In this document: piece after piece, positions 55,301-63,874 of the stretch
Numbering within the stretch: the stretch's first letter is position 1
Layout of the letters: each line of letters begins with the position of its first letter
Assembly (NCBI RefSeq): GCF_006345805.1
Contig: NC_043014.1
Coordinates: forward strand, 34,224,001 to 34,288,000
Source: Octopus sinensis
Lineage: Eukaryota
DNA length: 64,000 bases
Direction of reading: 5' to 3'
Made by a program: the position numbers and the translations under genes
Notes under the pieces: generated by a model
Seen by the model: only the letters and a program-made list of their open reading frames with translations
Database searches by the model: none
What the model was told of the DNA's origin: nothing

Positions 55301-56707
55301 CTGTATCAACATGTAACTGAATCAACATCACATTACGATCAACAGATAATGGATGTAGCGACTGAGGATCAGCAGAAAGCTTGTGCTGCTGATTATGATG
55401 AGGATGATGATGAAGACGATGATGATATCGAGTCCATCAAAGATTCAGATGCTTCATATTATGAAGAAGAAGACTTTGACGAAGATGAGGATGATGAGGA
55501 TGACGACGACGTGGAGATGATTGAATCAAACATTGTTAAGAACAGTGTACAGCCGAATGTAATTGAAGAATATGTTCTAGACGATGACGACGATGAAGAT
55601 GCTCTTGTTGAGGGCGATGAGTCACAAGTACAGGATAATTCTATAGAAATACCTGGGTCAAAGATAGTAACAGAAGGCGCCAGCAGACCTCCTGAATCTT
55701 CAATACACACTGTGATCAAGTATTTGGACAAAGAGGATATTGTTGATATGGAAGAACTGAGGGCAGAGATTGAAGAACAATTGTCTATTTGGTCAGCCAA
55801 TCAGCATTATGGCAATGTAGTTGATTTTGAACGACAAGCTAGTGATTTATGGCAGATGTATGAGCAAATGACAAATGCTCTTGCACAGGAACTATGTGAA
55901 CAACTCCGCTTGGTTCTTGAGCCATCACAAGCTACAAAACTAAAGGGTGACTATCGAACTGGCAAACGAATTAACATGAAGAAAGTAATACCTTATATTG
56001 CCAGTCAGTTCCGTAAAGACAAAATCTGGTTGAGACGCACGAAACCAAGTAAACGTCAGTACCAAATTATGTTAGCAATTGATGATTCTTCCAGCATGAT
56101 AGACAACCATTCCAAGCAGCTTGCATTTGAGTCATTAGCAGTTATTGCTAATGGTTTGAGTCTTCTAGAAACTGGTGAACTTGCCATTTGTAGCTTTGGG
56201 GAAAGCATGCAAGTTATTCACTCGTTTGGTGAACAGTTCTCCTGCCATTCAGGAGCTCGACTCCTTCAGCATTTTACTTTCACACAAAAGAAGACAAATA
56301 TTGCTTTGCTCTTGCAGCAAGCTTCTGCATTAATGATGGAAAGCCGTCAGCATTACCGTTCTGCTCAATCGGGTCCTGATTTCTCTCAACTGTTGCTGAT
56401 AGTTTCTGATGGTAGAGGTCTTTTTTCAGAAGGCATGGACTATGTGAAATCTGCTGTGCGGCAAGCACAAACAGCTAATCTTTTTGTTGTGTTTGTTATA
56501 CTGGACAATCCGATAAACAGAGATTCCATCCTTGATATTAGGATTCCTGTTTTTAAGGCATCTGGCCAGTTGCCAGAGATCAAATCTTACATGGACCATT
56601 TTCCCTTCCCATTTTACATCATTCTGCGTGACATTGACTCTTTGCCACAGACTCTTAGTGAAGCTCTCCGGCAGTGGTTTGAACTGGTTACTGCAGAGAC
56701 ACAGTGA
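40349..56707 (+). CDS. MDN1: Midasin (Rea1) AAA+ ATPase, pre-60S ribosome biogenesis factor; single-exon CDS, 5452 aa
   Basis: Six tandem AAA modules (Walker A GPVGCGKT, GETGTGKT, GETSVGKT, GDTGCGKT, GSPGVGKT, GSQNSGKT; Walker B LLEDID, LLDEIN, ILDELN, LVDEIS, ILDELN, LVENVN), long helical linker, D/E-rich tether, C-terminal MIDAS/VWA (LKGDYRTGKRINMKK, IDDSSSM, VSDGRG, ALRQWFE). Splice acceptor ctacttacag at 40250. Confidence 0.97.
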   Translation: MANPLADLVLQLCKRNQYCSSKFQELQHKEEWTTSNKQEVLALLAELFLHPTCTEDVTYCSSTILLDLVERVKSMVVSSESSQTTSLHQTFCIALSKAVSTCPSLKKFFILYLKNSSPFLYSEQDVTEPASKKMRLEYSQLSLSDSHPLELVQTAYRCVVIFGRESESVISPEHLLPFLSNANKDVQWFTVQTLATLLQMSARQRDTLMKRYFQREEMVQLMLRYRKLLLWPETNVNDNRVNDKQLKTATYLAENKLLDSHVVSVSGILLPKILRKPRGMESELVSVPTTDKNLQHLGHEVNLGCPVLLQGPVGCGKTCLVECLAQMTGRRKSSHLLKLQLGDQTDSRALLGIYQCTDVPGEFVWQPGILTRAVSEGYWVLLEDIDHAPMDVISLLLPLLENKALMIPSRGQKITASPGFQLFATYRTLPGTGSYISSYSSAMSALLEKNWTKLNLDPLSKDELYEIISQKYPALHSIIDRLLEIYFLLSRGEHVGMMEVDDDNKFNSKFFSHDKRLISTRDLLNWCKRIACYDLTSSAISQLVFQETLDCFCFSISCPKRRLQLAEAIGAKLNITKSKAEYYCMKYKPNVQISTYEFLVGRVILPKIKHSTKPIESSHHRLFSFTRQSSALLEKVAACVQNNDPVLLVGETGTGKTSTIQYLANQLGHNLQVINMNQQSDSTDLLGGFKPVDLKLVVKPFKDSFEELFCKTFSRKQNVVFLTHIENCYCKKSWRDMFTLMEHTIKSAIKNQTENSEMWMLWKTQDKKLKQLRLQVQKTESTLAFTFIEGTLVKALKKGDWVLLDEINLATTETLECLSSLLESKSGSVVLSERGDLEPVIRHSNFRLFACMNPATDVGKKALTPSVRNRFMEFYVDELNDVQDLKVLVNDYLSGLSLSPSQIDGLVNFYMQVRVLATKQLTDGTGHKPHYSLRTFCRALMCASFNPGGVINRTLYESLCMSFLTQLDRSSYPLVEQLVCRLLLQKADINSLLKRPIPEPTISKHLQFEGYWIPVGSCEPQVPEKYILTPSVRANLKDLARVVSIGRHPVLLQGETSVGKTSLVQWLATSTGHRCVRINNHEHTDLQEYIGSYAADETGKLAFKEGVLVEAMRQGYWIILDELNLAPTDVLEALNRLLDDNRELFIPETQEMVKAHPKFMLFATQNPPGHYGGRKALSRAFRNRFVELHFDEIPSDELETILSQRCDIPLSYAKKLVKVMLELQTRRSSSAVFAGKQGLMTLRDLFRWANRYHCSVADESNYDWNQHMADHGYMLIGGKMRKPEEEDIVRDILQKFFRRKVCPDSLFNLSSETSITTMAMLKRLTSDTLDNFMHIFWTCNMQRLAVLVNQALQYKEPVLLVGDTGCGKTTVCQMYAAMEGKELYSINCHSNTEGSDFLGGLRPVRNSNNMETEENDDNQHVNKLFEWVDGPLVQAMQTSSPFLVDEISLAEDSVLERLNSVLEPERTLLLSEKGSGDAVENKVPLITAKEDFRVLATMNPGGDFGKKELSPALRNRFTEIWCPQVASPGDMVSIIQHNLQPSIRFSDRSSEGDTEDDEMDIANAIMTFVEWFTCTDFGKKCVVSIRDLLCWVDFLNTCSLSYEDDDDELMEISKVDTSVAYVHGACLVFLDSLGTGTTARVNREVEIQNFKEECLQFLLWQVNNSSTQKLTMETLELFDKRPTGYSSEIAICSDTHFTIPPFSIPRADSQRFQSEKYAFNAPTTCMNAQRILRALQLPRPILLEGSPGVGKTSLVAAIAEAAGQELVRINLSEQTDVSDLFGADLPVEGEGSGLFSWRDGPLLQALKSGQWIILDELNLASQSVLEGLNACLDHRGEVFIPELGKTFYIQQASTRIFACQNPYHQGGGRKGLPRSFLNRFTKVFIDALNRGDLQLIATTMYPSIPEKLLSNMVHFNMKMQTEVVSLHSWGQKGGPWEFNLRDLFRWCELLIDNQSPDSFDPGEYLNLIYADRMQTKLDRDKVIELYQQTFSCLAPIYRPSGHFSLSLDWVQCGHSFLQRHQEYSINIESSKSLKLLPQMLPVLESLMKCVQMNWMTILIGSQNSGKTSTVQMLAELTGNRLQVLPMNSAMDTTELLGGFEQVDIGCHIEEIATRVKQAIDHSSRKQLALGHFTDVENNIAYLYHSWHKYCCFVPNKGSSMSSANELSLMKKQIKELDIIIGQLLNLNREDSNELLEMDSQLTTLSQSLERIENTSNSNTFEWINSTLVRALQSGDWLLVENVNFCNPSVLDRLNALLEPSGVLTVSERGVIDGEVPEIAPHSNFRLFFTMDPKYGNISRAMRNRGVEIYILEDPAGVENLNSEFSLCNSDGSIRTSRAQFPTASLPLIQQYCSYPLLTHAQHLVSVYIEVLRQVLSSAYCCPNVSSSRWPLANFIQLVTNHVHGQNWKLCSELISPLLTEVQLEVNCSDLSTYGGWKFVCGQHDLPELTQVTLIALFGHPLKDILLNCLSSMKTCNNGAEILMRGPYDFQWNKQALYKMMSVCNAESTSTISLLEQLTGVINRIKLSQVLTVEWQLSQEKYKKWEALCEGTQNIASENSAHLKVFVYIDNILVGLRQELRAAFSEQGDCSDKQFYQIYCGLPWLNRLLDVALLHWERELSPPSAANLSLVWNWTFSKLLMPLISHNSPVKLSDKIDKVINHLHDLLSDRKSSSKLLKKILASWGNPTPFFSKWEYLQWQKLQCLAEKIDIFAEDKIKQITLLQTDLLKLNRANITEQFVELITQLNSRMKSTENQQMFESLLDNLELKINSVHSPDSSEQDSECQGSTSVQTLDNDQRLWPLYEHTVLAVERRILNFLLEQHEPELVTWLPPFIEFMKQHLVVSPLNLAEYRKLLSSLGQGNSKSFYSTILSSYFQHWWKNSINGLSLDDFKLSERILGPGIAISSCLVEVIHSLISSHQLKSYGSSNYRFSTDNCVLLPQVAIGHHKNEAQLFAKIRSHLWVHTASLSSLQFNGRNIERKNILESLQHTLMAIGFTLPQFCESDVPDLHLMNNKSTHINTFLSHMKDCCYFDEIVVKLTERAINCVQDMFLDANESNTSAMSIGTALVLVGLLQSYLLGPCGHLDPVERDKLKLSHLQEDLEMINLELKMENLFNELMNGQSFLDLCHNQLHPQIIWLMEYREKLTNKVHGLLSRTAYRPDISSFPMIKQEYANYHMAAGSHELILTFLHKAKTMSEEHFESNEVSRLLQELESWQKTVHNFVQKMQINYPVYRDILTPFYSSLYQMSHGFALIMQSLQTTCCRQKLAKLCNLSNETEFSWLENLCVCMAKFPSCSRNYPNFLELATALTSDLTLQLSHAVVSSQTKTDDSKSISRTNQEIHSQLLLSGLCHLKNHVLTAQELSSPVLDRFASILRLFVSSWHKQQEEQKRLEQERDSLYRFKTIHHDSSPNDERLNEIDFKKRFPNYQNDFIDFIPSNLLDESSNNVGNKSGGDNSAADTDEDEPLSLLITKEEMKEICTIHHQIFTNYTKNSHWIAPGSPEQYDPGVGVDLLKPFLLNYKTAMSLSSYLKACLHEGYDMQVVGGHLLVVAALEEVINHNETTKLGVVKEPAPERYYDVYQDANISEIVQAEPVLRRLLQRLSQLLEEWPDHPTLRQLETISKRILTFPLTSPIMKILSGLELLLYKAQDWESVAAKHVSLETELHDISNLIVDWRKFELSYWKNSLDITSHEVEIEACQWWFHLYQLVISFVTPETDDVDKSKPVSDIEKEIIASLKLFLENSSLGEFKARLQIVYAFHCQLINMDTSPQQQLMCRLLWNIHEFYKQFLPFVEADIEQKRVPIEKELKGFVKIARWNDINYWALKQDTDKTHRTVHKHIRSFKKILHESVKTVLASNKSLINTDTNNEDLSAEVWMRPIALTEDKCANKEFEICLPLAPENSLMSRLTHLMPRACKHYHDLEKKTPYLKLLLAFDEFTCEVIEGIEERSRLHVSPSLEIEKQKKQAKHINLKQRQGLSELYRNLTKIGLSYKKGLIRSEQRHSDDFLYVDPVDVKTSIDMIGTSSPHYAPVFKSMWQSGEQYYWNCLARQAQLKVILENPEAKDFGLSNVDRCRGYSEHLKQILLNQHAKLSAFTKSYCQYHKMILEIKNPALLKSSSFPSQAEFSKWLDTLENVSVKCWQGLSQFQMLLKCCPQANPSGNTSCVTPLPVHMLPQTAFMSINNQTWNVCIEKINDILSKLKTILKKPVTKLKTKSIFSWNDLCFLDAGYLRLKESLVPLQQIKRMFLEPEYNSDSSFSESLSFLQLEIETNTNAFFIWKQRQSDMKTEVLTTMTQQLSGQTSDCEGLSDVNQKDRTLPFDMSLNDLTDSFDNLIKQVLLAIQKLLEAHKKTAKSDDPPKGSGDKEGSSPETCDNDIEILNGHLTQCLQQSLFTDIKNLDCDKVFKIIKELLQVIQSPSEHLAKFSQQQMASELSMKSIWLKCFVGCLPLLELFECLLENYLLYLLVAYRTTAKLYSELLTHFIELATKGFFILPELSDETQEGATQFEDKEDAGMGEGEGVKDVSDQIEDENQLEDVHHKDKQKPDEPENQPDIASEDNAIEMSEDFDGKIHDPDEEVDENDSENENEDEEDIDKQMGDVESKGSDKLDEQLWGSDEEDEETPMEEEKESGTGAGQEEEKQIVAKNENEVKAEEKKNKDEGKEEEEEEGKENPEDKKEDKVNEPEAMDESECNDKVDPYHGKPQQEETAENLELPEDLKLDEAENDKEKEEKMDTSLQEDEEKDKDPTEDKETASMDEEPETQEREAEKDKKADEMEEEDGSGNEGKSKEDPTAPPESVEEDEGVEEEEEGVKDNKADMSDAEDEESEKTKNIDDIPAVVELKEENKDESGEDDDSEAVKDASKFYGMTDDQNQKAECEFALDTGGDNEKEKDRKQQTDGANTAPSDAEAYHSKTSTEISHGTNEDDSQKPQTRKPGMTDDNRSLGMQDKPHQRHARTIEEIHHDTGMEEEVEKPKDEKADLYQHVTESTSHYDQQIMDVATEDQQKACAADYDEDDDEDDDDIESIKDSDASYYEEEDFDEDEDDEDDDDVEMIESNIVKNSVQPNVIEEYVLDDDDDEDALVEGDESQVQDNSIEIPGSKIVTEGASRPPESSIHTVIKYLDKEDIVDMEELRAEIEEQLSIWSANQHYGNVVDFERQASDLWQMYEQMTNALAQELCEQLRLVLEPSQATKLKGDYRTGKRINMKKVIPYIASQFRKDKIWLRRTKPSKRQYQIMLAIDDSSSMIDNHSKQLAFESLAVIANGLSLLETGELAICSFGESMQVIHSFGEQFSCHSGARLLQHFTFTQKKTNIALLLQQASALMMESRQHYRSAQSGPDFSQLLLIVSDGRGLFSEGMDYVKSAVRQAQTANLFVVFVILDNPINRDSILDIRIPVFKASGQLPEIKSYMDHFPFPFYIILRDIDSLPQTLSEALRQWFELVTAETQ

Positions 56708-56886
56708 GGTGAAGTTTCTGTTGTTGTCACACAAATATAAAGACATATGGCAACATTGTTGCAAGATTTATAGAACTGTATTATTTGTGATTGGATTATT
56801 CTTTAAATCTTGCTATTCATGTTTTTTTGGTTCTTATTCATCTTTTTTTTTTTTATATATATATTTTGTGTCAATCAAGCAAAGCC

Positions 56887-56892
56887 AATAAA
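56887..56892 (+). terminator. Polyadenylation signal AATAAA for MDN1
   Basis: AATAAA 180 nt after the stop codon, with T-rich sequence upstream and downstream. Confidence 0.55.
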
Positions 56893-57299
56893 AGCTATTT
56901 TGCTTATTAATATTGACATTATCATTAGCTGCTAATATGTCATCATTTTGTATTCAGTCCTTTTCATTTTGTGCTCATCTTTGGCACTGTATTTCATCAA
57001 TGAATCATTAAAATATTTACAAAGTATTGTCTTTATGCTGGTATTTCTGTTTTATGACACTTATTTCTGTTTTGTTTCCCATCAGTATCAGAGAGGAGAG
57101 AACAAGCAAACATTTTTCGTCAACATGCAGTGATGTCAGCTTTTGACTGGTTTTGAAAATGCATGAGGTTTTCAGATTAGACTGCACTTTTAGATTGGGG
57201 AAAATATAGTTTTGACAATGTCAGACTAACAGTCTATAATCAAGGTTACTCATTATGTAGGAAACAATTTTTGATCGGTTGTGGTAAATTATGGAAATC

Positions 57300-57800
57300 A
57301 AATTTTAGGAGTATTTGCATCAGGTTCAGATGCAAATATACTAATTGCTGTAGTGTACATCAAAGGAGAAAAACCTTTTTTTTATGAGAATAGTGTGTTC
57401 AATGCGTTAGACTCATTGATGCAGAGAATTCAAGGACACCAGTGTTTCAACATGTGCCTTTTCAGCTAGAAGTACTATGCACCTTTGAGTCTAGCCAAGC
57501 AGCTGGCCTATATTTATACTTTCAAAGAAGAAAGTGTTTGCTGATCAGAGCTTATATCTCCCAACCAATTTAGAATTGTTATTTGCATATTCTTCATATA
57601 TCTAGGTAAGTTCAGACGCAAAATATGCTAGTTATTGCAGTGTATGTCAAAGGCAAAAAAATTTCCCTCTTCTGTGTTGGTAATGTGTTCCATACACACT
57701 CAACTGAATGGTGCAAAGGATTCTGGGACACTGGTGTTTTGCTGTGTCTCAGTAGCCAGAAATTTTAGAAGATGAAAGTGGAATTGTCTTCATATTTTAT
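57300..57800. repeat. Diverged ~290-bp tandem duplication
   Basis: gttcagatgcaaatatactaattgctgtagtgtacatcaaagg (~57323) versus gttcagacgcaaaatatgctagttattgcagtgtatgtcaaagg (~57610), continuing through ggacac..gtgttt. Confidence 0.65.
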
Positions 57801-58851
57801 ACCAAAAGAGTTTTGCTTATATGATATACCAATAGTTTATGTCACTTTGAGGAAATCTAACCAGTTCAGACAGTGCCTAGTTTCTTCAAATAATGAGCTT
57901 TGCTAGAAATGTTTTCTTAATTTTTGTGACACACCAGTATCATGATTTGAATACTCAAAATCTATTTACAGTATATTAATAGTTTCTGATGTTGCTGTTA
58001 CTTTACATTTTCATAATCCAAATTTATTAATTCATAGCTTGTTTAAATCTATATACATTTCTTTTAATTCTAATCATTTAAGAGTCTCTGTAATAGTAAC
58101 TAAACTCTTGATTAAGGTGGGAATGTGTTGTTTCATCCCTGGGCCATCTCTGATTGGGTGGACTCTGATGAAAGAGTGTTCTTACCACAACTATGACATT
58201 GTAGTTTTCAGACAGTACACTACACAATACTATGAATGTGTCCTTCATTTTTAATACAGCTTTGTGTACTATTTGTGGCAGTATGGTTAACCATGCAGAG
58301 CAGTATTGGATCCATCTGGTAAAATTTCACTTGCATTTAAATTTGAAATTATCTGCTGATGAAATCTGTAAAATCTCTGTAAAAATTACACCAAATTGTA
58401 CACTTGTTATTTTGTAAATTTGAAGATTATTTTCTCAGCATAGATTCACCCTCACAGGTTCTTGTGCACTTGGAATTTGTCCCCTCCACTAAAGTTTACC
58501 TACTTTACTCATACAAACACTCCTTGTTTTTGTTTTACATTTTGGTACAATAATAGAAATCTGGTAGCATTTCATGTCTCCTGCAAAAATTGAACCTCAT
58601 CATTCATGGGCCCTGTTTGGCACTACAGCTTGGCTTTTTGTGCCTTTAGTTCTTTCTATGTTACAAGCATTTAGACTAGGTTTCTTATCTGAGAAATTTG
58701 TTCCCGTGTTAGTGGACACATATGCTGAATTAACTTTGTAACTGCTATTCATATTTGGTGCAACAAAATATTTGTTCTTCAAAATTGTGAGATTTGGCAC
58801 ATCCTTTTTGTCCTTTTCATGGTTTTACATTTAGTTTGACCCTTTTGAAAG

Positions 58852-59222
58852 GTGTGGCTGTGTGGCAAGAAATTTGCTTCCTCACCTCATGGTTTCAGGT
58901 TCATAGTACTGCATGATACATAGGGCAAGTGCCTTTTTATACCACAGCAAACCAAAGCATTGTGAATGGATTTGGTGAACAGAAACTGAAAGAAGCCTGT
59001 TTGTGTTATTGTCTCTGTTTTGAATTTGCATGATGATTGTAAATGTCATGCAAGCAATGTCCTTTGTTTACAATTTATTGTGTAAACATGTCTAGTTTTG
59101 GGGAAGTATTACCGTATTTGGAAACAGGTGATGGTTGACAACATGAAGGACATTCAGGTATAGAAAGATCAACCTCAAATTCCATGTGTGTATGGAAAAG
59201 TGGATGTTAAACTGATGATGGT
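58852..59222 (+). mobile_element. SINE with family A head and an RTE-type tail (degenerate); similar copy at 60781-61112
   Basis: Head gtggctgtgtggcaagaaatttgc...gaaactgaaagaagcc; tail tggaaaagtggatgttaaactgatgatg. Confidence 0.65.
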
Positions 59223-59289
59223 TGTAGTAGTGAATATAACAATGAAAGGCATAACATTTGGAATCTTTGGGAGTATTAACCTTATCTGT

Positions 59290-59677
59290 GGCCAATTCTA
59301 CTATATGGCTCAGAAACCTGGACGTTATCAAAGAAGCTTGAGAGGCGGTTGGATGGAACCTACACTCACCTTATGAGAGCTCAAAATCTCTCGTGGAAGT
59401 GTCATCCAACCAAAATGCAAATATATGGGGAAACTACCACCTGTGTCATCTCTTGTGAAAGGTAGGAGAGTCCAGTTTGCTGGACATTGTTATAGAGCTG
59501 AAAACGAGGCAATTTCTACTCGCAATACCAGAGGGTGCACACTCTCCTACCCTGATGTAATCTCCAGGGATACAGGCATCCAGCAACTGGACCTCTGTAA
59601 TGCTATGATGGACCGTGAAGTCTGGCGTAGCATGGTAAATTCCATTGTCTCGACCACGGTCGAATGATGATGATGAT
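59290..59677 (+). mobile_element. RTE/BovB-like LINE 3' fragment, close relative of 21880-22298
   Basis: High visible identity (aagaagcttgagaggcggttggatggaac...ctcctaccctgatgtaatctccagggatacaggcat); (TGA)n tail. Confidence 0.9.
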
Positions 59678-60539
59678 CTGTGGCCATACACATTTAACCC
59701 TTTAGCATTCAGATTTCTCTGTTGAATAGAATGCTTTCATGACTCCAAATTAATGAAATACCAGTTAACTCTCATTTTGCAACAATATGAGAAATCAACA
59801 TTATGTAATAAACATATGCCTGAAATTACATTATCTAATGTGTTGACCTGTGGTTTGAAGGATGTTTTGCTGCTGCTGTTTTTAGACAGTTGAGTAGCCA
59901 TATAGAGACTGTTGCATTAATTGGAGTTCCTAGGCAACAAAAAGGATCAAATACACTTAGTAAGCCATTTCAGCAGTTAATGGTGTATCCACTGCATTTA
60001 TGTTATGACATTTGAAATCTTGTTTCATCATTAATCTACTGCCAGAGTATCCTTTTGACTTCTGTATCCCTACTCTGTTTTTATTCAATTCTATTTACTG
60101 CCTCCATAAAAGCTAAGCTATGCAACCTAACAACAAAAACAATGTTATTGTGTAGTAACAATAAAATGACATACTAAACTTCAGTTTATTTGGAAATAAG
60201 GCTGTCTGCATTTTCCATGTCACTTTGCTCACTGTCATAACAAACACAACAGAACAGCTGTGCAATTGAAAACAAATCATCAACTTTTGCTAGCTTCATG
60301 ATTGTAATGAAATACAGCAGTCAGTCTTTCTGTTGAAGTTAGGGAGAGGAATGCCAAATATGCTTTTACAAGCAAAACGCCACCCTGACCAATGGATGGT
60401 ACTGAGTTGTCAAACATTTAAACCAAATTTTCTCAAAACAACTTGTTTGACCATCCCATTTTGTGGCATTATTTCAAGCCAGCCGGCTTTTTTTGTGCAA
60501 ACTGCATGTACATTTTTCTCGTGTATGCATAGTATTGAT

Positions 60540-60749
60540 CACAACAGCTGATGTACATGCGCGTACAAATGCATGTTCCCACGGCTTTATCGATTGCATT
60601 CTCACCTGGAATCGATTTTTGTAATTTTTTCAAGACTTATACATGCACTGATACCGTTGGTATCTACATATCAAATTTGAGTGCAATCGGATGGAGGATG
60701 CCTGAGATCCTAGAAGACACACAGACGGAACGGATTTTATATAATAGAT
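60540..60749 (+). mobile_element. Non-autonomous Helitron/Helentron-like element end
   Basis: catatcaaatttgag...acacacagacggaacggattttatataatagat terminus typical of DINE/HINE-like elements. Confidence 0.5.
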
Positions 60750-61117
60750 ATGTTACAGTTGAAATAGGAATGAGTCACAGATATAGCTGTGTGGTTAAGA
60801 ACCTTGCTTTCTAATCATGTGGTCTCAGTTTGTCCATCTGTGTGGTAATTAGGACTGACCAAAGCCTTGTGAATGAATTTAGGACACAGTAACTGAAAGA
60901 AGTACATTGTGTGTTTATATGTGTGTACCTTTGTCTCGATATGGTTGTAAGCAAGTATCATAATCATACAAGTAATTTTGTCCATTTCCATGTCTGGCTG
61001 TAGGGAAACATTACTTTACTTGCAAATAGGTGAGGGTTGGTGACAGGAAAGGCAGCCAACTAGAAAATGTGCCTCCACAAATTCCATCTGATCCATGCAA
61101 TCATGGAAAAATGAAAA

Positions 61118-61340
61118 TTAACCCTTTCGTTACTGTATTTATTTTGAGATGCTCTGTATTTCTTTCAGCTATTTTAAATATAACAAAGACTTTAGTAAAA
61201 TAACTTAGTTATCATTAAGCTAGTGTTAGGAACGTAAATTGTGACTAAGGCTTGGTGGAATATTTTAATTCAAAACTTATGAAAACAAAACATTTTAGCA
61301 CAGAGCCAGAGCCGGTTTTGGCCGGGTTAGTTACAAAATG
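61118..61340. mobile_element. piggyBac-type MITE (second family)
   Basis: Starts ttaa-CCCTTTCGTTAC; related to 3278-3460. Confidence 0.55.
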
Positions 61341-61401
61341 GAAATTAAATGATGACGAAAGTGGTCAAATAATACATCTAGCAAGGGATCTTTTGACTTA
61401 A

Positions 61402-61622
61402 CCCTTTAGCATTTAAACCGGCCATATCCGGCCAAAAGTATTCTGCCTGTTTTATGTTCAAACTGGCCAGATCTGGTCTCTCACACCAACCCTACAATAT
61501 CATTTTAAAAATTAACAGCTACCTCATCAAAATCTCATAGCTACAAGATAATGCATGATTAGTTCAAAACAAAGTGGATGAAAAAGCATTAATTTTGGCA
61601 GAATAATGCGAACACTAAAGGG
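61402..61622. mobile_element. piggyBac-type MITE with TTAA target-site duplications
   Basis: ttaa|CCCTTTAGCATT ... AACACTAAAGGG|ttaa. Confidence 0.85.
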
Positions 61623-61944
61623 TTAAATTCTTTCTCTGGATTTCTTTTGTCTCTCACTCTCTGTCCATGTACTTCTGATATCACTAATCATCAATGTAAG
61701 TTGGTATATTCTTCATTAGGGAAAGACTTAGTATTTACAACCATTTATATATCTTTTAATTTGGTAAGCATGAAGTCAAGCTGGCTTTGTATGTTAGCTT
61801 GATTGGTAGGTAATCAAGTGGCTGGCCAGTACCCGCTTCCTGAAGTTAGTTCTGCATATGGTAAGTCATTTGCATCATAGAACTTTAAGAGCCTTTAATC
61901 TCTCTTTGTAGCTTCCATGTAATTTTCAATATTTAAGGGTGAGA

Positions 61945-62430
61945 CCCTAAATGCGAAAATATATAAGTAACATGCTAGCGGGGTGCAAAGAGCACCATAC
62001 GAGTGTGATTGTTGACAGAGTGGCTATTCGAGTATGATCGTTACCAGCGTCACCTTACTGGCACTTATGCCTGTGCTAGTAGGGTGTCAAGAACACCATC
62101 CAAGCGTGATCGTTGCCAGAGCAGCCAACTGGCTTCTGTACCCATGGCACGTAAAAGGGCGCCAGTCGAGTGTGATCATTGCCAACGTCGCTTCACTGGC
62201 ACCTGTGTTGGTGGCATGTGTAAAAAGATTCGAGCGAGGTCATTGCCAGTACCGCCTGACTGGCCCCCGTGCAGGTGGCACATAAAAAGCATCCACTACA
62301 CTCTCGGAGTGGTTGGCGTTAAGAAGGGCATCCAGCTGTAGAAACTCTGCTAGATCAACACTGGAGCCTGGTGCAGCCATCTGGTTGCTAGCATGGAAAG
62401 CAGACGTTAAATAAATGATGATGGTGATGG
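61945..62430 (+). mobile_element. RTE-LINE 3'UTR fragment with (GAT)n tail
   Basis: Shares ctacactc..gagtggttggcgttaagaagggcatccagctgtagaaac with the other copies. Confidence 0.8.
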
Positions 62431-62885
62431 AGAGATAATTATTTGCGTAGCTAAGACTAGTAAATGCTACCATTGCTAAGAAGTGGAGAAATATGCTATG
62501 TTTATGAGCTGCAAATTTGAATATGGTATAACTCAAATATAAATGGATTAGAAAAAACAATCATCAACAATATTGCAGTTATTGATTTTATAGATGTTAC
62601 TTTAACTTATTCTACACATTATCTATGCCACAAACCAAATGAAACTTATAATTATATTCACAGGCTATCAAACTAACAAAAAAGTATTATTTATTGAATT
62701 TAAAAAAAATTTCTCTGAACTACTAAAAAAGTTATAGTGATGCTTTGGTTAAGATTAGATCAAGGAAAAAAACTACTTACATGTGAAAAATAATCAAATA
62801 GACTTATAAAAAACAATGAGAAAACAACACCACTTGGTATAAACTCCTGAAAGTGACATCACCATGTTAGTAGTAAATAATTTCT

Positions 62886-63099
62886 TTAACCCTTCAGCAT
62901 TCGGATTACTTAATCAAATGTAATATTTATTAACATTGTTTTGAATTAATTGAGCATTATCTTGGAGCTTAAAGACTTCAATGATGTGATTGTTTATTTT
63001 TAGCATGACATTGTAGGGTTGTTGTGAGAGTCTATATTTGGCATAAAACAGGTAGAATATTTGGACTTGGCATGACCAGTTTAAAAGCTAAAGCGTTAA
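62886..63099. mobile_element. piggyBac-type MITE, opposite orientation to 61402-61622
   Basis: ttaa-cccttcagcatt ... gctaaagcg-ttaa. Confidence 0.7.
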
Positions 63100-63874
63100 A
63101 TAAGTCTGAAAATATTATTTATCCACTGCATACATAACCACCAAATATTCATTAAATATTCTATCAACATACTACACTTCATTTTACAATACCCAACTTT
63201 GCTCTTAATTCTATTTGAATCAATAAACCATTTATCTAATCAATAGTAACTGTAATACCTCTTGTTAGGGTCTTAATTCCCTTGCTAAGGGCTTTACTAA
63301 TGCACAATAAAAATTAACTATACATCTTACATAGGGCTCACATTAAATCCATTCAAATTCTACTGTAATGGACAAAATTAGAAAGTCATTTCACTATTCT
63401 TATTCATTTGGGAGCTGGAAAACGAAAACCAGCATCAAAATATATGGAATATAAATCTTAAGTATTAAGTTATATAATAGCAGAAGAAAATCATGTATCT
63501 TATGCATTGCTTAATTTTTGATATCCTTGAAATTTTTAAATTCAAATGCCCAGTCCTGTAATAACCAAACAAAATATCTTTTAAAATGGGTTTGGTATTT
63601 CCAAATGCTGATGGTACTTGTGTTCAGATTAGCTTGAAAATTGGCATTATTGCAGAAATGTTTGTGTTTTTTTTCTTTTAATTATTAAATTGGCATTTGT
63701 GGTAAAAATAATATTGTGCATGTAAGATTGTTAATTTACTGCATAATAATAGCTAAAAAATATGCCAAAAGAAGAGATGTTTGGTTGTAATAAATTACAT
63801 GTAACTAGTAATTGACATGGACATATAAGTTTTTCTTTGGCCTTTTTGCACCTTTTCCATTATGAATTCTACAG

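Noticed and set aside
53868-55800. Antisense Ser/Phe/Leu-rich ORFs
   Set aside because: Shadow frames of the GAA/GAT-rich acidic tether of midasin.
40349-56707. Microbial or fungal contaminant, or horizontally acquired midasin
   Set aside because: Contiguous with host SINE/LINE-rich DNA, similar base composition to the USP10 exon, preceded by a spliceosomal acceptor, and motifs look metazoan. A phylogeny would be the formal test.
56707-57100. Retroposition scars (genomic poly(A) tail, TSDs) flanking MDN1
   Set aside because: None visible, so retrogene origin is neither recent nor directly demonstrated.
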